A stretch of 64,000 nucleotides of DNA. Origin: Chiloscyllium plagiosum. Lineage: Eukaryota. The notes below the pieces were generated by a model that did no database searches, had not been told where the DNA came from, and saw nothing but the letters and a program-made list of their open reading frames with translations. Below, piece by piece: positions 1-11,590 of this stretch. The translations under genes were made by a program, and so were the position numbers. Positions within the stretch are counted from its first letter, which is position 1. The number at the start of each line of letters is the position of its first letter. The stretch lies in NCBI RefSeq assembly GCF_004010195.1, contig NC_057718.1:8925267-8989266 (forward strand), in the 5' to 3' direction.

Positions 1-481
1 GTGTCGAGGTATGCAGAGATGAGTTCGGTGGGGCAGGAGCAGGCGGAGACAATGGGTCGGCCGGGGCAGTCAGGTTTGTGGATTTTGGGCAGGAGGTAGA
101 AACGGGCGATGCGGGGTAGTGGGACTATGAGGTTGGAGGCGGTGGATGGGAGATCTCCTGAGATAATGAGGTTCTGGATGGTCTGGGAGATGATGGTTTG
201 GTGGTGGGAGGTGGGGTCATGGTCAAGGGGGCAGTAGGAGGAGGTGTCCACGAGCTGGCGTTTAGCCTCAGCGGTGTAAAAGTTGGTGCGCCAAACTACT
301 ACCGCGCCTCCCTTGTCTGCTGGTTTGATAGTGAGGTTGGGGTTGGAACGGAGGGAATGGAGGGCTGCACATTCCGAGGGTGAGAGGTTGGAGTGGGTGA
401 GAGGGGTGGAGAAGTTGAGGCGGTTAATGTCGCGGCGGCAGTTGGCTATGAAGGGATTGAGGGCGGGTAAGAGGCCAGCAG
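1..481 (-). mobile_element. Penelope-like element reverse transcriptase fragment, running off the left edge
   Basis: Minus-strand frame is open for about 160 codons: ...LTIKPADKGGAVVVW...ARFYLLPKIHKPDCPGRPIVSACSCPTELISAYLD, with the PLE DKG and PKIHK/RPIVS motifs. Confidence 0.92.
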
Positions 482-499
482 CCACTCTGTTCTCACTTT

Positions 500-640
500 T
501 AAAATCCGGAAGGGTCACTGAAATTGAAACATTAACTCTGCTTTCTGTCCACAGATGCTCCCAGGTCTGCTGAGTTTCTCCAGCAAGTTCAGTTTTTGTT
601 TCAGATTTCCCCCAGCACCCGTGGTTGCTTGTTTTATTAA
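500..640 (+). mobile_element. Decayed PLE terminal repeat (family D tail)
   Basis: GAAGGGTCACTG..GAAACATTAACTCTG..CACAGATGCT..CTGCTGAGTTTCTCCAGC resembles 31730-31830 and 45700-45830. Confidence 0.55.
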
Positions 641-1254
641 AAGCAAGTCCTTTGTTATGAAGCTTATAGCAGCTTGTCGATAGCAACACAGCATAGTTGA
701 TCATATGTTCAAGCTCTTGGATTAAATTAGTCTTTCAGACTACATTGAGGATCATCACCAGAAAAGGGTGTGCAGCATTTATACTGGAACTGGAAGATGT
801 TTTTGAAGGGGAAAGTTTTTGAAAGGGACTTTGTTGTCTTGTTTTTGGGCTCAGTTTGTTGTACAGTGATGCTTCCTTGGAGTAAAACACTTTATGTTTA
901 AGAGCAATGAACCCATCTAACACAGTGTAAACACCTCTGTCACAGGATATAAGGTCAACCGGAGGTTAATTGAAGTCCTTTTGAGTTATTGGGTGTCGAG
1001 TAGTCTAAGTTAATGTTTACATTCAACCTGTTACCAACACTAAAAGTGTAAGCAATGTTTCGTACTCCTGCTTATTATTTAATGGATTTTGTCTGGAATG
1101 TGGTGAGTGATGTGACACGGTCAGTGATGTCCAGATGGCTCTGTGCCTGGGAACCTTCCAATTTACTCAGGCAGGGCACAGAAATGCTTGAAGTGATTCA
1201 AGATCCTTGAACTTTGTGTGCAGAGTTGCGCCAGCATGTACACATACAGAACAC

Positions 1255-1414
1255 ATTTTATGAAAAGATATTTGGATAAATACACGAATAGGAAAGATTT
1301 GGAGGGATATGGGCCAGGAGCAGGCTGGTGGGACTAGTTTAGTTTGGGATTATGGTCGGCATGGACTGGTTGGACCGAAGGGTCTGTTTCTGTGCTGTAT
1401 GATTCAATAACTCT
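1255..1414 (+). mobile_element. CR1/HER1 LINE 3' end
   Basis: GAGGGATATGGGCC..GGACTAG..GGACCGAAGGGTCTGTTTC tail shared with many copies in the window. Confidence 0.85.
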
Positions 1415-2039
1415 GTGTGTGGTCTGGAGCATCTGCATGACTGTAAATGCATAAGCATGGAAACTACTTGTGTAGATGTGGGTGTACATAAAGCGCAGTT
1501 ACCTTGGGATTGCCACCCAGCTCCTCCCTGTATATCGAACAATCCAGCTCCAAATTCCTGGGTTTTGGAACCCAGCCTCCTCGGAAACTTGACGATGTCC
1601 TTCATTGGAATCATTCCTTCTAACCTTGGAACTGTTTTTACAGCACCAGCTGTTGTATTCAGTTTGCTCTTCACTTCCTAACACAATGAAAAGCTTTGGG
1701 ATATTTAAAATGCTATTCCTTGTGTCAGTGAAGGTGTAGGTGAGGTATCTGGGGAGGGTAGGTAGTGTTGCCACTCACTGGTGGTTAGTAGTCTGGAAAT
1801 CAAGTCCCAGAACAATCACAAAAGTTGACACTTCTAAAATGTATGCAAAATTCTTCAATTTGTCTGTCTTTCAGACTCAGGTTTACAGAAAGTACTGATC
1901 TGGTTTCTACACTTAACAAGATTTATTATTTATTGCACGTAATTTAACACTATTTACAGATAAACAGTTATTAACCACTGGCACATAACTCCATCTACAA
2001 CAACTCTAACCCCAACAAACTCCACCTTACACATCCATG

Positions 2040-2298
2040 CACCTGTACATACAGACACAGATACACAGACGCACAAATAGACAGACACACTGATATTCAC
2101 AGATATGTACACACAGGTGCACACACATACACACAGACAAAGGTACACAAATACACAGATACACAGAGGTACACACACACATATGCACACACACATATAC
2201 ACACATATACACACAAACACACACACATATACATGCACACACACAGATACACACTTAGATATGTACACATGCACACACAGCTACACACACACACACAC
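2040..2298. repeat. Degenerate (CA)n-rich microsatellite
   Basis: Visible ACAC/ATAC/AGAC runs. Confidence 0.95.
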
Positions 2299-3214
2299 GA
2301 AAACATGCATGTTATGGAAGACAAGGGAAATGGTTCAGTGTTCACTATGAACAGGATCTGTTGAGGTAGCTTGTGTGCTGCTCAGAATGTTGCTGCTTTG
2401 TCTTCCTTCTCCAGATGCTTTCACTGACCCATAAGAGGCTCAGGGTGACTGGTTCACACTGAGAAACGTTCTCTAATTTATTCATTAAAGATCACAGTTT
2501 GCAGCAACTGACAAAGGAAAACAAAAACTCAATTTCTTTGGACTTAAAAAATAAGTTTTAATGCAGAGAACAGATCGTTGTTGGACTGATGAAGATCTGA
2601 AGACTTCTCTTCCTATCTTGTTCACAGCCCCAAGCTGTTCAGCCACCTGAGAACCAATCACATTGCAGGTGGCAGGCAGAAGGCCTTTGTCATTGACAAC
2701 TGGTCACCAGTCCACAGACCAACCAGTTCCTCGCTGCTGGTTAAATCTCCATTTGTAAAATCCTTTAATTCCTATTGCTGCACCTTCTCACACTACTCCA
2801 TTAATCAGCAGCTGTGTAAACTGTGCCTAGAGTGAGCATCAGATGACTTGCTTTCAAAAACATGCAACATTCCTCAGTTTTTAAAATAGGCCTTTTATTT
2901 TCATTTCAGTTCACATATATAAAAAGTACAGAAAAATAGAGATAGTCTTCACAATAGGATGACTGGATGATAAGTTGGCAAGATGGACTGCATTGTCTAA
3001 GAGCTTCAGAACCCTGGAGCAACCTTGTGATGATGCCATGGAGTGATACCTAACCCAGCATAAGCAGCACAATGTAGGAGGAATGAGAACAGATAGACGA
3101 CAACATTGACATGAACACACAAGGCGATTTATTGGTCCTTACCAAGAGATACAATAATATTTAATGCATAATGGATCACAGAGCCACTTACAGTAATATT
3201 TAATGCATAATGGG

Positions 3215-3540
3215 TCACAGAGCCAAACAGCAAGGAAACAGACCCTTTGATCCAACTCATCCTTGCTGACCAGATATCCTAAATTAATCTAGTCCCATTT
3301 GCCAGTTTTTGCCCCATATCCCTCTAAACCCTTCCTATTCATTACCATCCAGGTGCCTTTTAAATGTTGTAATTGTACCAGCCTTCACCACTTCCTCTGG
3401 CAGCTCTTTCCATACACGCACCACCCTCTGTGTGAAAACGTTATCCCTTAGGTCCCTTTTAAATCTTTTCCCTCTCACCTTAAATCTGTGCCCCCTAGTT
3501 TTGGACTTCCCCATCCTGGGGAAAAGACTTTGGCTATTTA
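3215..3540 (-). mobile_element. CR1/HER1 LINE 3' fragment
   Basis: Translates SLFPRMGKSKTRGHRFKVRGKRFKRDLRDNVFTQRVVRVW (CR1 ORF2 C-terminus) followed by the CR1 tail. Confidence 0.9.
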
Positions 3541-3921
3541 GGCGATAGTGAGGACTGCAGATGTTGGAGATCAGAGTCAAGATTAGAGTGGTGTTGGAAA
3601 AGCACAGCAGGTCAGGCAACATCCAAGGAACAGGAAAATAGATGTTTCAGGCAGGAGCCCTTCATCAGGAATGAGGCAGGGAGCCTCCGGGGTGGAGAGA
3701 TAAATGGGAGGGGGGTGGGACTGGGAAGAAGGTAGCCAAGGGTACAATAGATGGATGGAGATGGGGATGAAGGTAATAGGTCGGAGAGGAGGGTGGAACG
3801 GATAGGTGGGAAGGAAGATTGACAGGTAGGACAAGTCAAGAGGATGGTGCTGAGCTGGAAGGTTGGAACTGGGGTAAGGTGGGGGGAGGGGAAATGAGAA
3901 AACTTGTGAAGTCCACATTGA
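3541..3921 (-). mobile_element. PLE family A 3' end (end of GIY-YIG coding region, C-rich spacer, hammerhead-bearing terminal repeat)
   Basis: Minus strand: AATGTGGACTTCACAAG..C-rich..ATTCCTGATGAAGGGCTCCTGCCTGAAACATC..CCAACATCTGCAGTCCTCAC; collinear with 48746-49234. Confidence 0.85.
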
Positions 3922-4164
3922 TCATTTTCTCCTCGAATAAAGGGAAGCCAATTTAAGACTGAAATGAGGAGGAATTTCTTCTCTCAGAGAGTTATATGGG
4001 TAGTTAAACCAAGTCTCATAGAATCCCTGCAGGGAGGGAACAGGACATTTGACCCAATGAGTCCACACCAACCATCTGACGAGTATCCCACTCAGACCCA
4101 TTCCCCTACCCAATATATTACATTTCCCCCTGATGAATGCACCTAACCAACACATCTTTGGACT

Positions 4165-4545
4165 AGGGTGTAGGTTTGCTCGCTGAGCTGTAGGTTTGAT
4201 ATCCAGACATTTCATTACCTGGCTAGGTAACATCATCAGTGGCAACCTCCAAGTGAAGCCCCCCCCCCCCTCCCCGTAGCCCTACACACAGATGAAAAAA
4301 AACACCATTTCGACTGGGACAACANNNNNNNNNNNNNNAACAGGAAATGACATCACCACAAACCCCAGGGACCCCATCCAGGACAAACATATAAATAGAA
4401 AGCAGTAGACAACAGCTTTGATTCACTTGGAGGTCACCACTGATGATGTTACCGAGCCAGGTAATGAAACGTCTGGATATCAAACCTACAGCTCAGCGAG
4501 CAAACCTACACCCTAAACCTCAACCTGAGCTACAAACCTTCACAA
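4165..4545 (+). mobile_element. PLE family B short insertion with inverted 5' terminal repeat and 11-bp TSD
   Basis: 4165-4258 is the reverse complement of about 4421-4514; TSD ATCTTTGGACT at 4154-4164 and 4546-4556; CACCATTTCGACTGGGACAAC (HHFDWDN) GIY-YIG remnant. Confidence 0.9.
4437..4476 (+). ncRNA. Minimal type-I hammerhead ribozyme motif (PLE family B)
   Basis: CCA-CUGAUGA-U-GUUACC(GAGCCA)GGUAAU-GAAA-CG-UC-UGG: core boxes intact, stem I CCA/UGG, stem II paired. Confidence 0.75.
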
Positions 4546-4869
4546 ATCTTTGGACTGTGTGAGGAAACTGGAGCACGCGGAAAAAGCCAACGCAGACACG
4601 GGGAGAACGTACAAACTCCTCATAGACAGCTGCTTGAGGTTGGAATCGAACCGGGTCCCTGGTGCTGTGAGGCGGCAGGGCTAACCACTGAGCCACCGTG
4701 CCATCCTATACCTCACCATGTGGTATATTTGCTGCCACTATTCTCCTGAAGTATGTACTTGCTTGGCCTTGTGTCTTTGAGGAAGAGGACTGACCTGCAC
4801 AGCCAGAAGAAACATCTGTGTTGAACAAGGAGTAGTTTATTGCAAAGTAGCAACTATTATCATCGAAAG

Positions 4870-5400
4870 AATTCTGGTCTCCTTGCTACAGGAAAGATGT
4901 TGTGAAACTTGAAAGGGTTCAGAAAAGATTTACAAGGATGTTACCAGAGTTGGAGGATTCGAGCTATAGGGAGAGGCTGAACAGGCTGGGGCTGTTTTCC
5001 CTGGAGCGTCGAAGGCTGAGGGGTGACCTTATAGAGGTTTATAACATCATGTGGGGCTTTCATAGAATAAATAGACAAAGTCTTTTCCCTGGGGTGGGGA
5101 GTCCAGAACTAGAGGGCATAGGTTTAGGGTGAGAGGTGAAAGATATAAAAGTGACTAAAGGGGCAACTTTTCCACACAGAGGGTGGTGCGTGTATGGAAT
5201 GAGCTGCCAGGGGAAATGGTGCAGGATGGTACAATTGCAACATTTAAAAGGCATCTGGATGGGGTCATGGATAGGAAGGATTTGAGGGATATGGGCCAAG
5301 TGCTGGCAAATGGGACTAGATTAGGGTAGGGTATCTGATTGGCATGGACAAATTGGACCAAAGGGTCTGTTTCCGTGCTGTACATCTCTGTGACTCTATA
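4870..5400 (+). mobile_element. CR1/HER1 LINE 3' fragment
   Basis: KLERVQKRFTRMLPEL..SYRERLNRLGLFSLERRRLRGDLIEVY plus CR1 3' tail. Confidence 0.93.
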
Positions 5401-5404
5401 ATAG

Positions 5405-5752
5405 TTACAGCACAGGAAGAGGCCCTTCAGCCCACTATGGCTGTGCCTACCATTCTAAACTAACTCCTCCTGCCAGTGCATGTCACCTATTCCCTGCCTG
5501 CTCATGTGTCTGTCTAAATGCTTCTTAAACATTGCTATGGTGTCTGCTTCTACCATTTCCCCTGGCAGCACACTCCAGGTACCTACCACCTCCTGTTTAA
5601 AAAAACCTGCCTCTCTTTTAAACTCCCACGCCCCAGCCCCCCAGCTCAGTTTAAACCTACGCCCCCTCGTATTTGACATTTCCACCCTTGGATAAAGACT
5701 CCAAACATCCACCCTACCCATGTCTCTGATGATTTTACATGCTGCTATCGGG
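5405..5752 (-). mobile_element. CR1 LINE 3' fragment, tail-to-tail with the previous copy
   Basis: SLYPRVEMSNTRGRRFK..VVGTWSVLPGEMVEADTIAMFKKHLD. Confidence 0.85.
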
Positions 5753-5811
5753 TTGTAGATTACAATAAAGTGATAGATATTGTTGCAGGGAATGTGAGAA
5801 GGTTCTGGATG

Positions 5812-6039
5812 TCGGTCGTTCTGCTATAACACATGTTTCATCAGCACGAATTGGCCATAATGCGATTGATGAATTGTGGATGCTGGTTGGATAACACAAA
5901 ATTTCTATTGAACAGATATAGCAATCTTCTATAGCTGTCTTCTACAGCGCAATTTTCTACAGTGGTTTTCCATAACGTGACTTTCTATTGCGCAAGGTCA
6001 CTGAGGAAGGCAACTGTTACATTATAGCAGAATGACCTG
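5812..6039. mobile_element. Tigger/pogo-like MITE (Tc1/mariner superfamily)
   Basis: Terminal inverted repeats GGTCGTTCTGCTATAA ... TTATAGCAGAATGACC; TA immediately right of the element; no coding capacity. Confidence 0.7.
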
Positions 6040-6317
6040 TATTTGGTCTCAATCCTTCAAGATCCTGAGGTGTTCCACCACCAAGCCCATATGGTAGCCT
6101 CATAGTGGGTGGTGCTTGAGGTATTACTCAGTGTTAACCCTTTCAGACCCTTAAGCCCTTACATAACAGTATCCACACTCGAAAGGTAGCAAAGGAAAGT
6201 CTTACCTCTGAGAAAGGCAGGGCCCCCCTCATCCTCACCTCAGCCCTGAGGAGAAGGAAACAAATTTCCAAAAATAAGAACAAATAAAAGTTGGATCAAC
6301 TCATCAGGCCCGGCAGT

Positions 6318-6512
6318 CATAGAGTCATAGAGTCATAGAGACGTATAGCATGGAAACAGACCCTTCGGTCCAACCCGTCCATGCCGTCCAGATATCCCAA
6401 CCCAATCTAGTCCCACCTGCCAGCACCCGGCCCATATCCCTCCAAATCCTTCCTATTCATATACCCACCAAGATGCCTCAATCCATGCCCCTCATAATTT
6501 TGTAAACCTCTA
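6318..6512 (-). mobile_element. CR1 3' tail with (GAGTCATA)n terminal microsatellite
   Basis: GTCATAGAGTCATAGAGTCATAGAG followed by ACAGACCCTTCGGTCCAAC..ATCTAGTCCCAC. Confidence 0.85.
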
Positions 6513-7059
6513 CAGTCCCCGTGGAGAGAAGCCAAGTTAATGGGTGGAATCCAATGCTGCCTGTGGGGGGGGGGGGAGAAAGGAGGGAAGAGGAAACTAA
6601 TTTAATGTGAGTCCAAAGTTCGGCATCCTAACAACAGATAAACTTTCACAATGCAGTTCTCGGAACTCCAAAGGTAGGTCAAACGTATTGGATACCGTTT
6701 TTGCATGTGTTAGTGTCTCACAAATGCTCATTCAAAGGCCATCAGGCTATAATTAAGTTTCCCCTTCCCTATCAAGTTCTGAAGGAGTGAGCGGTACATG
6801 GCTTCACATTCGCTTACTGTATATTGAAGATTGGCAACAGGAGAAGTAATGATCTCCTGGGAGGTGTTAAGATTTGCAACAAGCCTTCTGTCTGGGAGTG
6901 ACAAACATTTTGTCCTCTCTAGGAGTGTACTCATCATTCCTGGCCACACCTGAGATCCGCTGGACATGTGGAGTAACCAAAGGGGTGGAGGGTGGATATG
7001 GGTCAGGAGGGTGACCAAGGACAGATATCCAGGACGTACCTTCTTCCTGTGTCCATCTA

Positions 7060-7235
7060 TCTCTACCCAACCACCTTGCTCCCCTCTCCCCACCACCAAC
7101 CCCCCCAACCCTTTATCTGCAGCTCTCCTTACACCCACTCACAATCCCTGAAGAAGGGTTACACCCGAAACCTTGACTGCTCCGCCTCAATATGATGCCT
7201 GGCTTGCTGTGTTCTTCCAGCCTCCTGCTTGTCTC
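7060..7235 (+). mobile_element. PLE terminal repeat (A-related variant) with hammerhead-like motif
   Basis: C-rich spacer then CTGAAGA-A-GGGT(TAC)ACCC-GAAA-CCTT, followed by GATGCCTGGCTTGCTGTGTTCTTCCAGC. Confidence 0.7.
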
Positions 7236-7617
7236 CTCAGGAAGGGAGGTCACTGCACAGGATAGGGAACTAGGGGCCTGATTGTCCAGTCTGCAAGAGC
7301 CCACTCGGAGAGCCTGAGTGATGCTCCGAGCTCACGGAAAACCAATACAAGGTGCCCTGTACATATGGCACCAGGACCTTCAATCCTGTGAAATGGAAAA
7401 GGGGCAAGGACTTCGAGCCTGCTCCCCATACTCCCACATCCCCCTTCACCCCTCCCCATCACAGGACTTGCCAAATGAATCACAAATGTATCTGGAATGA
7501 GCTACCTTCAGGTACACGTGCGCAGACATCTGCCTCCAACATGTGACACTCACTGCTGTGCCCTACTTTCAACTTAGATCCCATTGCAAAACATTCTGCC
7601 CAATATTTAAATTCCAC

Positions 7618-8838
7618 TGTGTACTGTGTGCAGTTTTGGTCTCCTTACTTGAGAAAGGATGTCTTGGCACTGCAGGGGGTGCAGAGGAGGGTCACTAGGC
7701 TGATTCTGGAGTAGAGAGGTTTGGCTTATGAGGAGAGATTGAGTAGATTGGGATCATGTTCATTGGAATTATAGATCTTATAGAAACATACACAATTATG
7801 AAGGGAATAGATAAGATAGATAAGATGTTCCCACTGGGTGAGACTAGGACAAGAGGGTATAGCCTGGAAAAATAGTGCACTGAGAACAACCTAGCTCTCA
7901 TTGCCAGCAAAACCAAGGAACTCATTATTGACTTTCGGCGGGATGTTACTCATGCCCCCCCCCACACATCAACAGCACAAACAGTACAGCATTGGAACAA
8001 GTGGAGGGTGTCGAGCTCCTGGGAGTGGTCATCCACAACAAGCTTTCCTGGACTCTTCATGTGGACGCACTGGTTACAAAGGCCCAACAACGTCTCTTCG
8101 TCCTCAGGCAGCTGAGGAAATTTGGCATGATGGTGAAGACCCTTGCCAATTTTTATAGGTGCGCCATCGAGAGCATTCTGTCTGGATGTATCACTACCTG
8201 GTATGGCAACTGTACCATTCAAGATCAGAGACGGTTACAGAGAGTGGTGAACTTGACCCGGACAATCACAAAGGCCAACCTCCCATCTATAGAATCCATC
8301 TACCAGGCCCGCTGCCAAGGAAAGGCCGCCAGCATTCTCAAAGATCCATCCCACCCTGGCAATCTTTTTCTACAACCTCTACCATCAGGGAGAAGGTACA
8401 GAAGCCTAAACATGCACCAGCCGGTTTCAAAACAGTTTCTTCCCTGCTGTTGTTAGAATACTGAACAGACTCACAAATTCTTAACATTCACCTGTACCTG
8501 TGTTTAGTTTTTGCCACTGTTCACCTATTATTTACTGTCTATGCTACTTAACTCTGTGATCTGCCTGCATTGCTCACAAGACAAAGCTTTTCACTGTGCC
8601 TCGGTACACATGGCAATAAATTCAATTCAATTAAATTCAGTGGCGCAAGATGAGAGGAAGCAGGTTTAGAACTGAACTGAGAAGGAACATCTTTACCCAG
8701 AGGGTTGTTAATCTATGGAATTCCTTGCCCAGGGAAGTAGTGGACGCTATTTCAGTAATCACTTCTATGCTTATTGAGTGGCGGAGCAGGCTCCAAGGGT
8801 CGGACAGCCTACTCCTGCTCCTAGTTCTTATGTTCTTA
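7618..8838 (+). mobile_element. CR1 LINE fragment (7618-7870 and 8648-8838) split by a Rex1/Babar insertion
   Basis: YCVQFWSPYLRKDVLAL before the insertion; RFRTELRRNIFTQRVVNLWNSLP after it. Confidence 0.85.
7873..8638 (+). mobile_element. Rex1/Babar-clade LINE, RT C-terminus and 3' tail
   Basis: LLGVVIHNKLSWTLHVDALVTKAQQRLFVLRQLRKFGM..FYRCAIESILSGCITTWYGNC..DPSHPG..LPSGRRYRS; tail GCTTTTCACTGTGCCTCGGTACAC..AATAAATTCAATTCAA. Confidence 0.92.
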
Positions 8839-8854
8839 TGACCAGACCGGGTTG

Positions 8855-9015
8855 GGTAAAATCCTGGAATTCCCTCCCCAAGGGCATTGTGGATCTGCCT
8901 ACAGCACATGGACTGCAACAGCTCATGAAGGCAGCTCACCCCCACCTTCTCAAGCGGGGGTAACTAGAGATGAGCAACAACCATCGGCTAACCAGAAACA
9001 CCCACGTCCCATCAG
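8855..9015 (+). mobile_element. 3' end of a second CR1/L2-group LINE (candidate partner of the abundant 350-bp SINE)
   Basis: AAATCCTGGAATTCCCTCCC..GGACTGCA..AAGGCAGCTCACC..CCTTCTCAAG; same tail at 38400-38642 and 50745-50962. Confidence 0.75.
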
Positions 9016-9487
9016 TCAATTAATAAAGGATTTCAGAGGCTGCGCCATAATTATAACAATTACTGCAGAAGTAAATATTTTAAAATGATGTGAGAAGGCT
9101 TGAGGATACACAACTGGGTGCATAAATAACACAGCTATCATTTACCATGTTTAAACGTTTACCCATGTTAAAACTGCTTGAATACAAAAAAAATTAAAAA
9201 TATCTAAAACTGCTTGTTAAAGTACATCTTTTATATATAATGAAGCTTGTTTTTATTGGAAGTGTGAAACCTTGTGGAGCAGTTCCAATGATTAAAGTGT
9301 TGGGATTTCTATCTAGACATTAACAACTCCTATTAATGGCTATACTTCAACTTTCACTGATGTGGGCGATTCTGCAGTACTCAACCTCAGCAATAACTAG
9401 TCTACGCTTATCATCCATCACAAGTAATCTCTGCTTCTGATTCAGTTCAAAACGCCTTTGATCCAAAATTGAGTTTGTATGGTTTAT

Positions 9488-11590
9488 AGAACATAGAACA
9501 GTACAGCGCAGAACAGGCCCTTCAGCCCACGATGTTGTGCCAACCACTGATCCTCAAATTTTTGTGACCATATGCATGTCCAGGAGTCTCTTAAATGTCC
9601 CCAATGACCTTGCTTCCACAACTGCTGCTGGCAATGCATTCCATGCTCTCACAACTCTCTGTGTAAAGAACCCGCCTCTGACATCCCCTCTATACTTTCC
9701 TCCAACCAGATTAAAACTATGACCCCTCGTGTTAGTCATTTCTGCCCTGGGAAATAGTCTCTGGCTATTGACTCTATCTATGCCTCTCATTACCTTGAAT
9801 ACCTCAATTAGGTCCCCTCTTCTCCTCCTTTTCTCCAATGAAAAATGTCCGAGCTAGTCAACCTCTCCTCATAAGATAAGCCCTCCAGTCCAGGCAGCAT
9901 CCTGGTAAACCTCCTCTGAACCTGCTCCAAAGCATCCACATCTTTCTTATAATAAGGCGACCAGAACTGGACGCAATATTCCAAGTGCGGTCTAACCAAA
10001 GTTTTATAGAGCTGCAACAAGATCTCACGACTCTTAAACTCAATACTTCTGTTAATGAAAGCCAAAACACCATATGCTTTCTTAACAACCCTGTCCACTT
10101 GGGTGGCCATTTTAAGGGATCTATGTACCTGCACCCCAAGATCCGTCTGTTCCTCCACACTCCCAAGAATCCTATCCTTAATCCTGTACTCAGCTTTCAA
10201 ATTCAACCTTCCAAAATGCATCACCTCGCATTTATTCAGGTTGAACTCCATCTGCCACCTCTCAGTCCATCTCTGCATCCTGTCAATGTCCCGCTGCAGC
10301 CTACAACAGCCCTCTATACTGTCAACGACACCTCCAACCTTTGTGTCATCTGCAAACTTGCTGACCCATCCTTCAATCCCCTCATCCAAGTCATTAATAA
10401 AAATTTACAACAATAGAGGCCCAAGGACAGAGCCCTGTGGAACACCACTCACCACACACTTCCAAGCAGAATATATTCCTTCTACTACCACTCGCTGTCT
10501 TCTGTTGGCCAGCCAATTCTGTATCCAGACAGCTATGTTCCCCTGAATCCCATTCCGCCTGACCTTATGAATGAGCCTACCATGGGGAACCTTATCAAAT
10601 GCCTTGCTGAAGTCCATATACACCACATCCACAGCTCGACCCTCATCAACTTTTCTAGTCACATCCTCAAAGAAGATAAGGTTTGTGAGGCATGACCTGC
10701 CCCTCACAAAGCCGTGTTAACTGCATTTAATCAAGCCATGCTCTTCCAGACGGTCATAAATCCTATCCCTCAGAATCCTTTCTAACACCTTGCAGACGAC
10801 AGACGTGAGACTTACTGGTCTGTAATTGCCGGGGATTTCCCTATTTCCTTTCTTGGAGAGAGGAATTACATTTGCCTCTCTCCAGTCCTCAGGTACGACT
10901 CCAGTGGAGAGCGAGGATGAAAAGATCTTCGCGAAGTGGCGAAGCAATGGCATTTCTCGTTTCCCAAAGCAGCCGAGGCCAAATCTGGTCCGGGCCTGGC
11001 AACTTGTCAATCTTAACGTTTGACAAAATTTCCAGCACATCAGCTTCCTCTATCTCTATCCATTTCAGCATGCACACCTGCTCTTCAAAGGTTTCATTCA
11101 CTACAAAGTTCGTTCTTTCATAAAGACAGAAGCAAAAAACTCATTTAGGGCTTCCCCTACCTCCTCAGACTCCACACACAAATTCCCTATGCTATCCCTG
11201 ATCGGCCCTACTCTTTCTTTGACCATTCTCTTATTCATCACATAAGCCTTTGTGTTCTCCCTAATCTGTTCTGCCAAGCCTTTCTTGTGCCCCCTTCTGG
11301 CTCTCCTCAGATCATTTTTGAGCTCCTTCCTCGCCTGCCTGTAATCCTGTAGAGCTGAGCTTGACCCTAGCTTCTTCCACCTTATGTAAGCTACCTTCTT
11401 CCTTTTGACGAGAAGCTCCACCGCTGTCGTCATCCCCAAGGTTCCTTTATCTTACCACTTCTTGCCTGTCTCAGAGGGACATATTTATTCATCACTTGCA
11501 ACAACTGTTCCTTAAATAGTCTCCACATGTCTATAGTGCCTTTACCATGGAACAATTGCTCCCAATCCATGCTTCCTAACTCATGTCTAA
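9488..11590 (-). mobile_element. CR1/HER1 LINE, about 2.1 kb of frameshifted ORF2 (RT pseudogene)
   Basis: Consecutive frames: PEDWREANVIPL.KKG..PGNYRPVSLTS; RSCLTNL; YMDFSKAFDKVPH; SGVPQGSVLGPLL; SKFADDTK; LVRPHLEYCVQFWSP; terminal (AGAACAT)n. Confidence 0.96.

Larger units (their letters stand above)
4017..4705 (-). mobile_element. HE1-type V-SINE, split by a PLE insertion
   Basis: Minus strand head GGCACGGTGGCTCAGTGGTTAGC..GGTTCGATTCC (A/B boxes), V-domain GTCTATGAGGAGTTTGTACGTTCTCCCCGTGTCTGCG, tail at 4017-4164. Confidence 0.88.

Noticed and set aside
1954..2350. Cys/Val- and His/Thr-rich ORFs
   Set aside because: Translations of a CA microsatellite
2362..2383. let-7-like sequence TGAGGTAGCTTGTGTGCTGCT
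   Set aside because: Seed match only; differs from let-7 family members and I could not see a complementary precursor arm
6728..7138. 136-aa ORF
   Set aside because: Starts in an antisense PLE tail; no recognisable domain or convincing splice boundaries
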